Source: Octopus sinensis (taxonomy: Eukaryota). From it: 64,000 nt of DNA. The position numbers were made by a program, and so were the translations under genes. The stretch is from contig NC_043003.1 in assembly GCF_006345805.1 (NCBI RefSeq), positions 18,662,001-18,726,000 of the forward strand, read 5' to 3'. Below the pieces are notes generated by a model. The model was given only the letters and a program-made list of their open reading frames with translations. It had not been told where the DNA came from and made no database searches. Positions 24,461 to 37,169 of the stretch are shown here, in pieces; positions within the stretch are counted from its first letter, which is position 1, and every line of letters starts with the position of its first letter.

Positions 24461-26144
24461 TAAAGAACTAATAATAATTTCTCCTATTTGCTACAAGGCA
24501 TAGATGAGGGGGGGGGGGGTTCATTCACTCATTAATAATAACAACAACAAGTGTCAAAATACTTCTTAAATTATATAATAAATAAGAAGACCAATATTAT
24601 CCACGAAAATTATTTTCTGATAATAGTCTGTGAAAGAAATATAAACTTAGTTTGAATTAAAACAAAACAAAAAAGAAGAAAAAGAAAAAGAAAGAAATAA
24701 TGAACAAAAACATTCTTCTCCCCACCCCAGACTAGACAAAAAAAAAAAATCAACACATCTAGTGATGAGTATAAATGAAAAAGGATTCTCAGACACACAT
24801 GCACACACAATCAATCAACAGGACTGAACAATGTGATGTCTCTGACAAGTAGCACAACAAATTTTTTAAAATCAATGGAAAACATTCATTTATCTATTTT
24901 ATTTTGCATTTATGCTTTCTAGAAAGCACAAATCAAAATTTATTTTTCAAGTAACCCAAGCTAATGTAATCTTGTCCTCTAAAATGACTGAAAAGTTTAA
25001 AATCATTAAAAAAAAAAAAATTTTTTTTAAATGATTTAAAATGTTTTTATTTATTTTTCTCTTTTTTGTTTTGTTTTAGTATATCTTTTTTTTTTGTTGT
25101 TGTTTTCTTATTTCAGAATCAATAACTACACACAGTTTTACTACAGCAATAAATCCAAAATCGATTAATACTATAAATATACATGATAAAATCTTTTTTT
25201 TTTCTTCGTGGTATTTTTGTTTGTTTATTAGAAACAATATAGCAGAGTAAAAATTGTTAATTCTCAAATCTATAAATTTACAAATTTTTTAAAAGTATAC
25301 TGAAAGGATAGGTAAGATTAATAAAGCAATTTCTTATGCTGATATAACACCTAAAAGTTATTGAAAAAAAAAAACTTTTATTAAATGTGAACATCAAGAA
25401 TTTTTCCCAAGAGAATTAGCAATGAATGAAAAGGGATTTATAGCTCTAAATTGAAGTCTGGGGGTCATGGACTCAATTTATCAACATCTACATCTGTAGT
25501 GGTAGTGGTGGTGGTAGTATCAATTATTATTATATGATCAATAATTATATAGACAGATAGAGTTGTGAGTGGCATAGAATCTTAAGTACTAAGCACACAC
25601 TGAGTCAGTCTGATATACAATTTCACTTTTAACTTTCACTGCAAATGCCATTAAAAGCGAAAATACGACCAAAGTAAAGATCTGCTTCCACCCATTGAAA
25701 TATACATGTGACATTAAGAATTGTCAAAAGAAATTGAGAATTATACACTTTCCCACTTGGAACAATGTCAGTTTTCTACTCCATCTCTTTGATGGAGTAG
25801 AAAAATTGACATGATGGAGTACCACCCTTTTAAAATCAACTTCTGTATATTGATGGCATTTATTTCTCGAATACGGACCATTTAAGTAAAATATGAACGA
25901 CACAAAATCTATTTCCATTCCACCTTACTCACCACCCAATGTGTGGGTGACCTTACGAATTATCAAAGAAATCAATAATGATTTGTTTTCACCTGGAACA
26001 GAGTCAATTTTTTATAACACCTTCAACCACAAAATGGTGGGTACCATTTGTTAAAAAATCACTTCTTCTATAATACTTGTATTTATCTAAAGAAATCAGC
26101 TGCATGAAACTGGATAAGGTTTTAGTTTCATTATTTACTGCTAT

Positions 26145-27115
26145 CTAAGGTGGCAAGTTGGCAGAATCATTAGCATACCAAACAGCATTTCTTCTGGCTT
26201 TTTACATTCTGAGGTCTAATCCTCACCTTGGTTCACTTTGCCTTTTATCCTTTCATGATCAATAAAATATGTATCAGTTGAGCATTGGATCAATGTAATC
26301 ACCTTCTTGGAGTTGTTGAACTTATGCCCAAATTTGAAACAATTATTATTATTATTGAAAGAGTGCATGCCTAGTGGTTAGGGTGCTGATCTAGCTATTG
26401 TGATTTCAATTCCTAGACCAGGTGGTGCATTGTGTTTTTAAGCAAAACACTTCAACTCACATTGCTCTCCAATCACTTTGACACCTGACACATGATACAC
26501 CATGTGCCTGTTCAGATAATGTCAATTTGATGGAGAGAGTGAGCTAATGTGTGGCACAAACATTTGATCACTAGAAAACAAACTATTTGTGCAGGTCGTT
26601 TGGCAAAAGCTGAATGTTCATATGTCATCTTCAATGGGAGAACCCATTATTATTATTATTAAGGTGGCAAGCTGACAGAATCCTTAGCACACCAGGCGAA
26701 ATGCTTAGCGGTATTTTGCCCATCACCACATTCTGATTTCAAATTCTGCCAAGGTCAACTTTGCCTTTCATGGTCGATAAATTAAGTACACTGGGAGTCG
26801 ATAATATCAACTAGTCCACTGCCCACAAATTTCAGGCCTTGTGCCTCCAGTAGAAAGGATTATCATTATTATTATTATTATCATTAAGGTGGCAATCTGG
26901 CATACCGAGCATACTGAGCAAAATGCTTAGCTGCATTTCTTCTGGCTGTCTATGTTATGTGTTCAAATCCTGCCAAGGTCAACTCTGCCTCTCACCCTTT
27001 CAAGAAATGATAAAATAAGGCACAAGTACTAGCGTTTTTGTTATCAACCAGCCCCCACTCAATCCCCACCCACTCCCCTTGAAACTGCTGGCCTTGTGGC
27101 ATAATTGGAAATAAT
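26145..27115 (+). mobile_element. Array of about 3 family B copies with a family E copy at about 26362-26645
   Basis: Repeated ggtggcaagctg.cagaatc.ttagca heads following (TTA)n tails. Confidence 0.8.
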
Positions 27116-28102
27116 CATTTACATCCATAATCAATACCAGTAACTTTTGGCAGAGCAGGGCTTCTTTAGATGAATCCAAGACATTATGAGAGCCAATTTC
27201 ATTAAGACTGGAATGACAAAGGGCAAAGCCTGACCTCGGCAGAATTTGACATTAAAAAAGCATGGTGAAGTGCCAAATTATCATGTAATAAGGTGTAATG
27301 ATTTCCTTATGAAGGCCCAAAAGCACAGATCTACAGGGAGGAAGCAAAACTGATGATTGGATTAATGGTGCCATTCAAAAGAATTGGTTCCAAGACAAGA
27401 TCAAAGCTTGCCAGAGCTTACCTCATGCTGTATGGCACAAATGAATGAAAGAAGAAGAGGGAAGAAAAAGAAGAAAAAAAATATAGAAAACAAAAAAGAA
27501 AAAGATGAAGAACAACAACAAGGTGATGATGATTTCTATTTTTAGAACTAAAAACTTGAATTTCAGATAATGGAGAAATAAGCTGCAGTGAACTTCATGT
27601 CTTCGTCAATAGCAGGAACAAAACAAAGTAAATAGTTCTAACTTGAGAATTGAAGCTGCCATTCATTGCACAGACATAAATCTAAAGCTAGAATTATTTT
27701 AACAATACACACATTCTCCCCTACCTTACATTTAGATTAAAGGATTGACTACAAGGAAAACATCTTATGGCATATTAGAAGATGTATTTCTAAGTAGTGT
27801 GACTGGTATAAGGAAGAAGAAACAAGCTCAAATTACACACGAATAATTATAAATACACGATGTTAGCACATTTTATTATGTGATTAAGGCTGAACCACCT
27901 AGTGTCAGTAAAAGAAGGAACTGGAGTGGTGCCATATCAAACAAAACAAGCACATCAAACTCCATCTCAGTATTGGATAATACTGCGAAAGTTTTGATGC
28001 CAAATTTTGTCTGAGTTCCCTAAAATAAAAACAAAAATCTTATGAACTGAAGATGGTTTGAAATAAAATTGTAGGAAAAAATGTACAGGGTTATGTACTT
28101 AC

Positions 28103-28177
28103 TTCTTGATTAGCATTAGATAATTCTTCTTCTAATACTGCAACTCGTTCCAAAGATACCCGTAGTCGTTCCCGGAC
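28103..28177 (-). CDS. PPFIA: Liprin-alpha coding exon (25 aa, VRERLRVSLERVAVLEEELSNANQE), phase 0-0
   Basis: Acceptor catttcgttttag|GTC and donor GAA|gtaagt; 75 nt, open; matches the liprin-alpha motif VRERLRV(A/S)LER..LEEEL. Confidence 0.95.
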
Positions 28178-28639
28178 CTAAAACGAAATGCAAAATTCAA
28201 CATGTAAAAGAGATTCATACAAGTATATAAATTTATGCTATTGTAGCAATTAACATAAAAATGTCCTGAAAAAAATTTTTTTTAAAAAGGGAGTAACTTA
28301 ACTTTTGAGTAAAGCAATACAGCAAAAAACACAACTAGTATCACTTGAACCAACACAGATTGTAATGACACTATAAGTTTTAGAAGTTAGACCAAATAGA
28401 GGTTAGCCATAAATGATAATGATATATGAAATTTAAAGAGATAGATTTAGGGGTCATTTAGCTTAATGGTCAGAGCACTCAGCCTGTATGGGATTTGACA
28501 CTCCATAGCCATCTGCTGGCAAGTCTGTTTCAAGATGGTGCCCTAGCATGGCCACAATATCAAATGACTGAAACAAGTAAACAAAAAAAAAAAACACACA
28601 CACACACGATCATGATAGTATAAAATTCTTTTAAACAAC

Positions 28640-29090
28640 TCATTTCACCAAATGTGATTCATGGAACATCAAATAATTTTCCAAAGTTCTTTTAGTGTGG
28701 AACCAACTTCCCTTATCAGTAGCATTTATGAACTGATCAAATGTGTAGCAAAGATAATATGCTTTAAATGTTGCAGTAACACCTGGGTCCATTGTTTGCA
28801 AAAGAGAAGTTCTATTGGGCAGCATAAATGCTAATCTAACTTTTGAATGGTGGTGCTATAGAGATTGCGAAGAAATGGCATTATTTTTGATTAGTAACAC
28901 ATGGATATGAATGCTTCTTTTTATTTTGATATTTCTTTCATTTCATATATAAAGTAATGCAAAAACAAATCTATCTCCAAAAATGCATTAGTAACCCAAG
29001 CATTTTTTGCTCTCCATATGAATGGAAACACAGCCTTACGAAACCTTTCAGTGCTCTTGGATTTTCAACACAATGACTGGCTCTTAGCCA
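28640..29090 (-). pseudogene. Tigger/pogo DDE_1 transposase relic
   Basis: Frameshifted pieces [50 protein letters not shown] parallel pogo/Tigger ENPRAL / KAWMT / LLLLDNA / [26 protein letters not shown]. Confidence 0.85.
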
Positions 29091-29122
29091 CTAGTTACAT
29101 TACTTCTAAACAATAACAGATA

Positions 29123-29299
29123 GCGAGCTGGCAGAAACGTTAGCACGCCAGGCAAAAGGCTTAGCAGTATTTCATCTGCCGTTACGTTCTGAGTTCAAAG
29201 GTTAACTTTGCCTTTCATTCTTTCAGGGTTGATAAATTAAGTACCAGCTATGCACTGGGGTCGATGTAATCGACTTAATCCGTTTGTCTGTCCTTGTTT
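29123..29299 (+). mobile_element. Family B SINE, 3' end abutting a family A insertion
   Basis: gcgagctggcagaaacgttagcacgcc...aatcgacttaatccgtttgtctgtccttgttt. Confidence 0.9.
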
Positions 29300-29300
29300 A

Positions 29301-29464
29301 GGCGTAGGAGTGGCTGTGTGGTAAGTAGCTTGCTTACCAACCACATAGTTCTGGGTTCAGTCCTACTGCGTGGCACCTTGGGCAAGTATCTTTTACTATA
29401 GCCTCGGGCCAACCAAAACCCCCTGTGAGTGGATTTGATAGACGGAAACTGAAAGAAGCCCATC

Positions 29465-29517
<53 letters not shown>

Positions 29518-29737
29518 TGTGTGCATATGTTTGTGTCTGTGTTTGTCCCCCAACATTGCTTGACAACCGATGCAGGTGTATTTATGTCCCCGTAACTTAG
29601 CAGTTTGGCAAAAGAGACCAATAGAATAAGTACTAGGCTTACAAAGAATAAGTCCTAGGGGTCGATTTGCTCGACTAAAGGCGGTACTCCAGTATGGCCA
29701 CAGTCAAATGACTGAAACAAGTAAAAGAGTAAAAGAG
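29301..29737 (+). mobile_element. Family A SINE, full length, young
   Basis: A box tggctgtgtgg, B box ggttcagtcc, central (GT)n, tail gaaacaagtaaaagagtaaaagag. Confidence 0.93.
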
Positions 29738-31909
29738 ATATTTAAATATTTTAAAACCTGAAAAGCAGTATCAATGACTTTTCTTTTCGCAATCTGAACT
29801 GTTGCTGGCATGTGCTTCCAAACAAGTGAATTTCAACTACAGTAACAATTTGTAAGAATATTAACAAGAAATAACAGACACCATTCACTAACTAATGCAA
29901 ACAAAATTTCCAAGATAAATCGTAAACAGTGTTCTTGTAGTTTTCTTGTTCATTTATAATTTCATATTTAGTTTCTCAAGTTGTTCTTCATATTATCAAC
30001 AGCATTTGTCATTGTGCAATTCTTTTGTTTTGAAATACTGGAATGATGAATTCACTGAGAACTTCTCAGACGAAATTGTAATGTTGAGATTGCAGACACA
30101 ATGTGCAAACCTGATATCAACATGTAAGCTAACTGAATGGCTTAATGAAACAAACATTTAGGTGGATATTATCAATGTGCATTACAGTAATTAAACATTT
30201 AAACTAATCCTTATCAAAGTTGAGCATTTATTTTCCACAATTTTTAAATTTACACTTTACAATTTATGAAAATTTACAGTAGAACATTAAGGAAGGTGCG
30301 GCTATATACAACAAGTCAACAGACAAATCATTGTATTATGAATTCATGTATTTCTAAATGAGTGTCTTTATTTGGTCTCGCAACACTAAAGCTATTTAAA
30401 ATGAGATTATTAATGCATATTCCTATAGATACTGAACCTTATCACTGAAAGCTCAATATTTAACCATAAAACCTCTCTTGTACAGTCCAGAAACCCAACA
30501 AATGAGAACTGATAGCTTTCTCATGTGTGCACACGCATGCATGCGCACATGCACGCACATACACTAAATCATTACATGGACACGTTGACAAGACATAGCA
30601 AGGGCGGATGGGGAAAAAAAAGGAAAGCAAGAAAATGCCAGGGAGAGCTGTCACTTTTTCCCTGGTGTTTGTCAGTATCCCTGTCACTTTTCCCTTGATG
30701 TCTGTCAGTGTCCACACTGAGGTTTAATCTGTATAAATGTATTCTTTGACAACTATAACTTAATCACGAACTACATGTAGGCGTGGGGAGATATATATAT
30801 ATATATATATACATACACACACACACACACACAATGCATGTACTCACACTTAAATAGATACAAAGCTAAATGCACAGTTAGTTAACCATACAGACACACA
30901 TGGGAAGGCATCTGATACAAAACATGTAAAGGCTATGACCAAATACAAGACACAGAATGTTAATGATAAAAGGTGCTTCTTTTTTCTTTCCATCTACGAT
31001 TCAGATGAAGAATAGTGGAGGAGGGGGAGAGTGAAAAGGGGAAGCAGAAGCCTTATTATGATTCACTGGATTACATATCAAGATTTTAACAATGTGTAGA
31101 TTTAAACTTACTAAAAAGCACTGAAGTTTTGGTAGAAATTTCAAATCATATATGCATGTGTGTGTGTGTGAAAGAGAGGGGGGAATAGAATTGATTACAG
31201 CACAGTTTGAGGTAAATTAAAAATTAGATATCCTTAACTGCATAATTCACAGAACAAGTTGCCAAAATATGATTTGAAAGGTCTCCCCAGGTGATAATAT
31301 GAAGATAGATATGGCCTGGGTCAATACCAGATGAAACCTAAGGTATACGGATGTGTGTATGTGTGTGCGTGATTGTATGTATATACATATGTCTAGCTAT
31401 GAGAAGGCATTACATTTCTTGGAAACAAATGAGGTTTGGTGACAGGAAGAGCAAATGGCTGTAGAAATTCTACAACCATGGAAAAGTGGACATTAAATGA
31501 TGAGGATATATATATATGGTGGTGCTCCAGCATGGCCACAGTCAAATGACCAAAATAAATAAAAGAATATATATATATTAATATTACTGTTCTTTCTTAT
31601 GAAATATATAGAACTACTTAAGAAGTGCTAGGGTGGAACCCGAGACAAAAGATAAGAATTAAGATATGAACTGGAATTAGGCAATCAACTTTTTATACAT
31701 ACTCATACAGTTATAAATTCAACTTAAAATGTGTGTATATATATATATATATTAATACATATTGAGATATATGAATAAGTCTAAAACAATATATATAAAA
31801 ATAAAACCCATGTGGGATATATATGGAAAGAAGTGTGAGAAAAAGAACTGATAAATATTTTTCATACTAAAATTAAGAGTGGTTAAGAGTTTCAATTAAA
31901 AGATCCATA

Positions 31910-32125
31910 ATCATCATCATTTAACATCCGCTTTCCATGCTGGCATGGGTTGGATGGCCTGACTGAGGACTGACAAGCTAGAAGGCTGTACCAGGCTCCA
32001 ATCTGATCTGGCAATGTTTCTACAGCTGGATGCCCTTCCTATCACCAATCACTCTGAAAGTGTAGTTGGTGCTTTTTATGTACCACTGGCACAGGAGCCA
32101 GTCAGGCGGCACTAGAAATGACCAC
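31910..32125 (-). mobile_element. Family C retroposon
   Basis: catcatcatttaacatccgctttccatgctggcatgggttgg...ggatgcccttcctatcaccaatc. Confidence 0.85.
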
Positions 32126-32324
32126 GCATAGGATTCAGTGTGTTTTTTTTTTTTAAATATATAAATGGTATATAAGGTATATAATACAATTCGAGCAAGT
32201 CCACTTTCTATGGCAGTTTCCAGAGTTTGTGTCTGATGTGGCATCATGTACACTAAGAAAGCTAATCGCTGTATTGACCATCTGAATCGTAAGTTAGGTA
32301 ACTTCAGACTCCAAGAAATGAAAA

Positions 32325-32757
32325 TCCTGCATATGGAAGACATTTCTGTAGCCAAATGCCCTTCCTACTACTGACTCTCACCTGTCTTCCAGTAAGGTAA
32401 TATCTTTCCATGAGCAGACACGTTTACATGGAAGACTGGAAATGCAGGACACCACTTGTATGACAGTGACACTCATTTACAACTATCACACAATGTCAAG
32501 GCAAAGAGACAGTAGCACATACACACACACACACAGAGCCATACATACACACAAATATACACACATCTACACATGCACATTTACACATACACACATGATG
32601 GGTTTCTTTCAGCTTTTGCCTACCAAATCCACCGACAAAGCCTAAGTCAACCCAGTACTATAGAAGACACTTGCCCAAGGTACAACACAGTGGGACTGAA
32701 CCCAAGATCACATGGTTGGGAAGCAAGATTCTTAACCACACATAACCCCTGAACCTA
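32325..32757 (-). mobile_element. Composite SINE (family A head plus RTE-type tail)
   Basis: Same layout as 12110-12531. Confidence 0.72.
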
Positions 32758-33299
32758 TATCTGCATAAGTATATAACTCGACATAGCATGAGCATAGAAA
32801 ACGGATGTTAAATTATGATAACCATACACACACACACACATTCTTTATGCATAAACCTCTATGGCTTATTGACGTTTAAAATTCTCTTTACTTTTTTGTT
32901 TTCCATTTGACTGTTCCCAGCCAAATATATTCAGGTAAATATCATTTCCCTGAAACCACTGTTGAAATTAGATTTCTTTGTTGAATAAATATTTCAATAT
33001 CTTCTGTTAATAGAATAAAAATCAGTTCTGAAACTGTAGGGCATTTAGTTAGGTTATTCAGTATCTAAATAATACGATATGACAGATTAAATATTAGATG
33101 GGATTTATTTTGTTTAGGCAATTAATTGGAAGGGAATAAAGACAGGACAAAAAGATTTACTTGAATAAATAAAGATTGAGAATTATTTAAGGATAATTCA
33201 ATGCAGATTGCATTTCAAGCTGGTGAAGTAAAATGCATATGACAACTATATCATAGGTGAAGGGGAATCGAGTATAAGACACACTGGTTAGTAAACAGT

Positions 33300-33330
<31 letters not shown>

Positions 33331-33424
33331 AGTGAGAGAGAGAGAGAGAGGGGGTTTATATAATTTTTATATTTCTGAAAATATAAGATTTGGATAAGAT
33401 TTGGTATTATAATAATCTTTCCTA

Positions 33425-33960
33425 TGACAGGCACAAGGGGCTTAGTCAATTATACTAAAGCCAGATGAAATGCTATCCAGCATTTTGTCCAGTGTGCTAG
33501 CAATTCTGTCAACTTGCCACCACGATGATGATTCTTTCTACTATAGGCACAAGGCCTGACATTTTAGGGAGGAACTAGTTGATTATACTGACTCCAGCAT
33601 GTAAGTGGTGCTTATTTCATCAACCCCCAAAAGGATGAAAGGCAAAGTTGACTTTGGCAGAATTTGAGCTTAGAACATAAATCCAACAAACAAAATGCTA
33701 CTAAGCTTTTTGTCCAGCATGCTAACAATACTGCCAGCTTGCCATTTTAATAATAATAGTAATAATAGTTTCAGATTCTGGCACAAGACAAACAACTTCA
33801 GGGAAGGGCACAAGTCAATTAGATTGACCCTACTGCTCAACAGGTACATATTTTATTGACCCCGAAAGGATGAACGGCAAAGTAAACCTTTGCAGAATTT
33901 GAACTCTGAACGTAAAACCAGTTGTAATGTCACTAAGCATCTTGTCCAACATATTAATGG
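33425..33960 (-). mobile_element. Array of about 3 degenerate family B copies
   Basis: Repeated ggcacaagg...cccc.aaaggatgaa.ggcaaagt...gaatttga units. Confidence 0.78.
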
Positions 33961-34352
33961 TCCTGGAGGAGGCAGAGGAGAAGAAGAAGAAGAAGAAAGC
34001 AAGATGAGGGGGATGAGGTGGATGAAGGGGAGGATGTGGCTGAGGGTACGAGGAGGGGGAGGACGGGCTGGACTAGGAGGAGGAACAGCAGCAACTGAAT
34101 GAGATGAATGATAGCAAAACTGACCTTTTGTATTAAAATGCTTCAAAACTATGATGTTTGTTTTATAGGTTTTGTAATGCTACACAGAGGAAACAAGGAA
34201 ATTTGGCAGAAAGGCAACAACATCTAGGAAGAAGTTAATTATGGTTAAACTGTCAAAAAGCCAATACAGGTAAGCAATTTGTTTCAACATTAAGACGTCC
34301 AAATGAACTTGTAGAAAAGAACATTTTGGATAATTAAGTAAAATTTAAAGAA

Positions 34353-34738
34353 ACAGGCATGGCTGAGTGGAATAGAGTTTGCTTCTCAACCACATAGTCT
34401 ATGGTTCAGTACCCCTGCACTGCACCTAGTGCAAATGTCTTCTATGGTCCCAGGCTAGACAAAGCTTTGTAAGTGGATTTGGTAGGTGGAAACTGAAAGA
34501 ATCCCAACATGTGTGTGTACACATGTTACTATTTCCTTGCCTTGACTTCATGTGGTAGTTGTAAAATGACTAATTGCCATGGACGTAGTGTCCTTCATTT
34601 CCAATTTTCCACTGGCATGGAAATAAGCGAAGATTAGTGGTAGGAAGGGCATTTGTCTGTAAAAATTTGGCCTCAAAAAATTCCATCCAACCCATGCAAG
34701 CATGGAAAAATTGGTTGTTACATGATAATGATGATAGC
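34353..34738 (+). mobile_element. Composite SINE (family A head plus RTE-type tail)
   Basis: Head caggcatggctgagtgg...ggttcagtaccc; tail aggaagggcatttg...ccaacccatgcaagcatggaaa...atgatgat. Confidence 0.75.
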
Positions 34739-35388
34739 AAAACATGTAAACTCCGAAAATGTCTCAAAAGAATCGTATCATGTTCTTACTAATTCAAACA
34801 TGCTTTTTTTTCTTTTTGTACCTTTTTTCTTTCTAAATTACATGATTTAATTACGCATCAATTTGTAATAAAATTTGTAAGTGCCTATAAGCAAATTTCT
34901 CTAATTGAGGATGATTAGGGAGTAAATTTAAATATTTAATTACTATTCGACAAAGCGAGGCAAAGGGGAATGAGTGCATAAATCAACAGCTCAGAATGCA
35001 GATTGTATATTTATCACCTGACTCGATCTGGTTAGAAGGCTTTTATCAATTTCTGTTGCAATGCTATAGTATTTCAAATCCGTTTAACTGACAGTAAAAC
35101 AATAGCATGTAGAAAATGCAACCATAAACTAATGCATTCAGAGAGACCTTAAAGGGTCCAAAGTTTATCTTAGAAGAGTGCTTTTCTGAATCTACATAGT
35201 AATTTCTGACTCAGGTACGGGGACAATTTTCAAAGGAGAAAGAATATAGGCATGGCTGTCATCATCATCATCATCATCGTTTAACGTCTGCCTGCCATGC
35301 TGATATGGGTTGGATGGTTTATCAGGAGCCAGCCAGGCAGGAGTCTGCACTGACCTTCTGTGTCTGTTTTTGGCAGGGTTAATCTTGT

Positions 35389-35816
35389 AGTTTTGGGTTC
35401 AGTCCCACTGTGTGTTACTTTCTACTATGACCCCAGGTTGACCAGTGTCTTGTGAGTAAATTTGACAGGTGGAAACTATGTGGAAGCCTATCATATATGT
35501 ATGTGTGTGTGGCACTTTCTACTATAGTCCTAGATCGACCAATGTCTTGTGAGTAAATATGGTAGATGGAAACTATGTAGAAGCCTGTTATATATGTATG
35601 TGCGTGTATGTCTTTGTATGCTTCCATCTCCCTGCTTGACAACTGATGTTGCTTTGCTTTCATCCCCATAACTTAGCAGTTTGGCAAAAGATAGCATTAG
35701 AGTAAGAGCCAGTCTTTAAAAAAAAAAAAAACAGAAATAGTATCAGAATCTGTTTGACTAAAACCCTTCAAGGTGGTGCCCCAGCATGGCCACAGTCTAG
35801 TGACTGAAACAAGTGT
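35389..35816 (+). mobile_element. Family A SINE with an internal 97-bp tandem duplication
   Basis: actttctactat...gaagcct.t.atatatgtatgtg occurs at 35417 and again at 35514. Confidence 0.8.
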
Positions 35817-36159
35817 AAGATAGAAGGTGGTGTATTGTATAATACTGATAATTATTTTATTACAACCCAAAGACAAGAACGAAAAAGGAAACCCAACAAA
35901 ATGAACTCGGACCCTAAAGGGGGAAAAAAACATGGTGTTCTCAGTCAATTTACTGCCTTTAATTAAAATTCATTTTATAAAAAATATAAAGCATTATATA
36001 AAGAAAGAAAAACACATTTAATTAACCTAATTAAAATTATTTGAATTTACAGACAAATCTATTTGATTCCACTGCACAGATTTTTGTCTCCAAGCAGAAT
36101 TTGGCAGACAAAATCTTTGCAGAAAACCTGTCCCCCGCCCCCACCCCCGCCATCACTTC

Positions 36160-36197
<38 letters not shown>

Positions 36198-37169
36198 ATT
36201 TCATAACCCTTTACTTCCCATAGCTTAGCATTTCAACAAATGTACATCGATAAAACAAGTAGCAGGCAAAATGAGTTCAGGGCTCAACATCATCAAGTGA
36301 AGCATTGAAGGTAGCCCCTCCGCCAGCATTGGTGCAGTTTACAATGGAGGAAAAAATTCCTGCTTATGTCAAAAGGCACAAAAATACCATTATCATTTTA
36401 GTGGTATCCCCTCTTGGACTCCTAGATACATTTCTGATTCCTTAACCTTCCCCAGTAAGAGATACTGAAAAGAGATGATGCTGAGCTGATTAGAAAGGCA
36501 TAGCTTTCTAACAGTGAATGCTAGTGACTAACTTGCTCTTGCACTGTGAGAACAAATACAGTAGTAGCAATGCAAAGCAGTTCAAGCTAGTTCAAATATG
36601 CTTATGACGATTGTTGCCAGCTTCAAGTTCCTTTAATAGCTGGACGTTGTTCCTATCACCAACCACTCTGCAGCATGGACAAGTTGCATTGCTTTGCTTG
36701 TGTGTCTAGAGTGTCTGCCCAACCACACTATCGGATTACATCTTCTTCACGTGAAACCTGGTATTAATTTACAATAATGATTTCTCTCCAAGAATATTTG
36801 TTATAAAATCACCTGTTGACTGATTATTTTACAACAATGTCGAGAAAAACATGGAAACAAGTAATTGATATTAATGTTTTTGTTAGTTTGGCCTTTGAGT
36901 AACAAAGGGAAAGAGAGAAGGAAAATAAACCATTCAGTTTGTGAAAGACTTTACAAAATTGTATTGTTAGAATGACAAGTGACAAAAGCATTATGAAGTA
37001 ATATTCCAGTGTATGATGCCAAAGCAAGTAATTTTCTACAATGGATCTGTACATGTCACACCGTCTGCACTCTACTAGTTTCAGCTACTTAACTGTGGTC
37101 ATGCTAGAGCACCACCTTAACTGGTTTTAATCAAATACATTAAACACAAACTACAGTACTCAATCTGGT

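Noticed and set aside
24996-25040. A/T-run palindrome, and the 28-nt palindrome at 49440-49467
   Set aside because: Low-complexity AT sequence; expected by chance in this composition.
29301-29375. tRNA genes (A and B boxes in many places)
   Set aside because: All are SINE heads continuing into SINE bodies; no complete cloverleaf seen.
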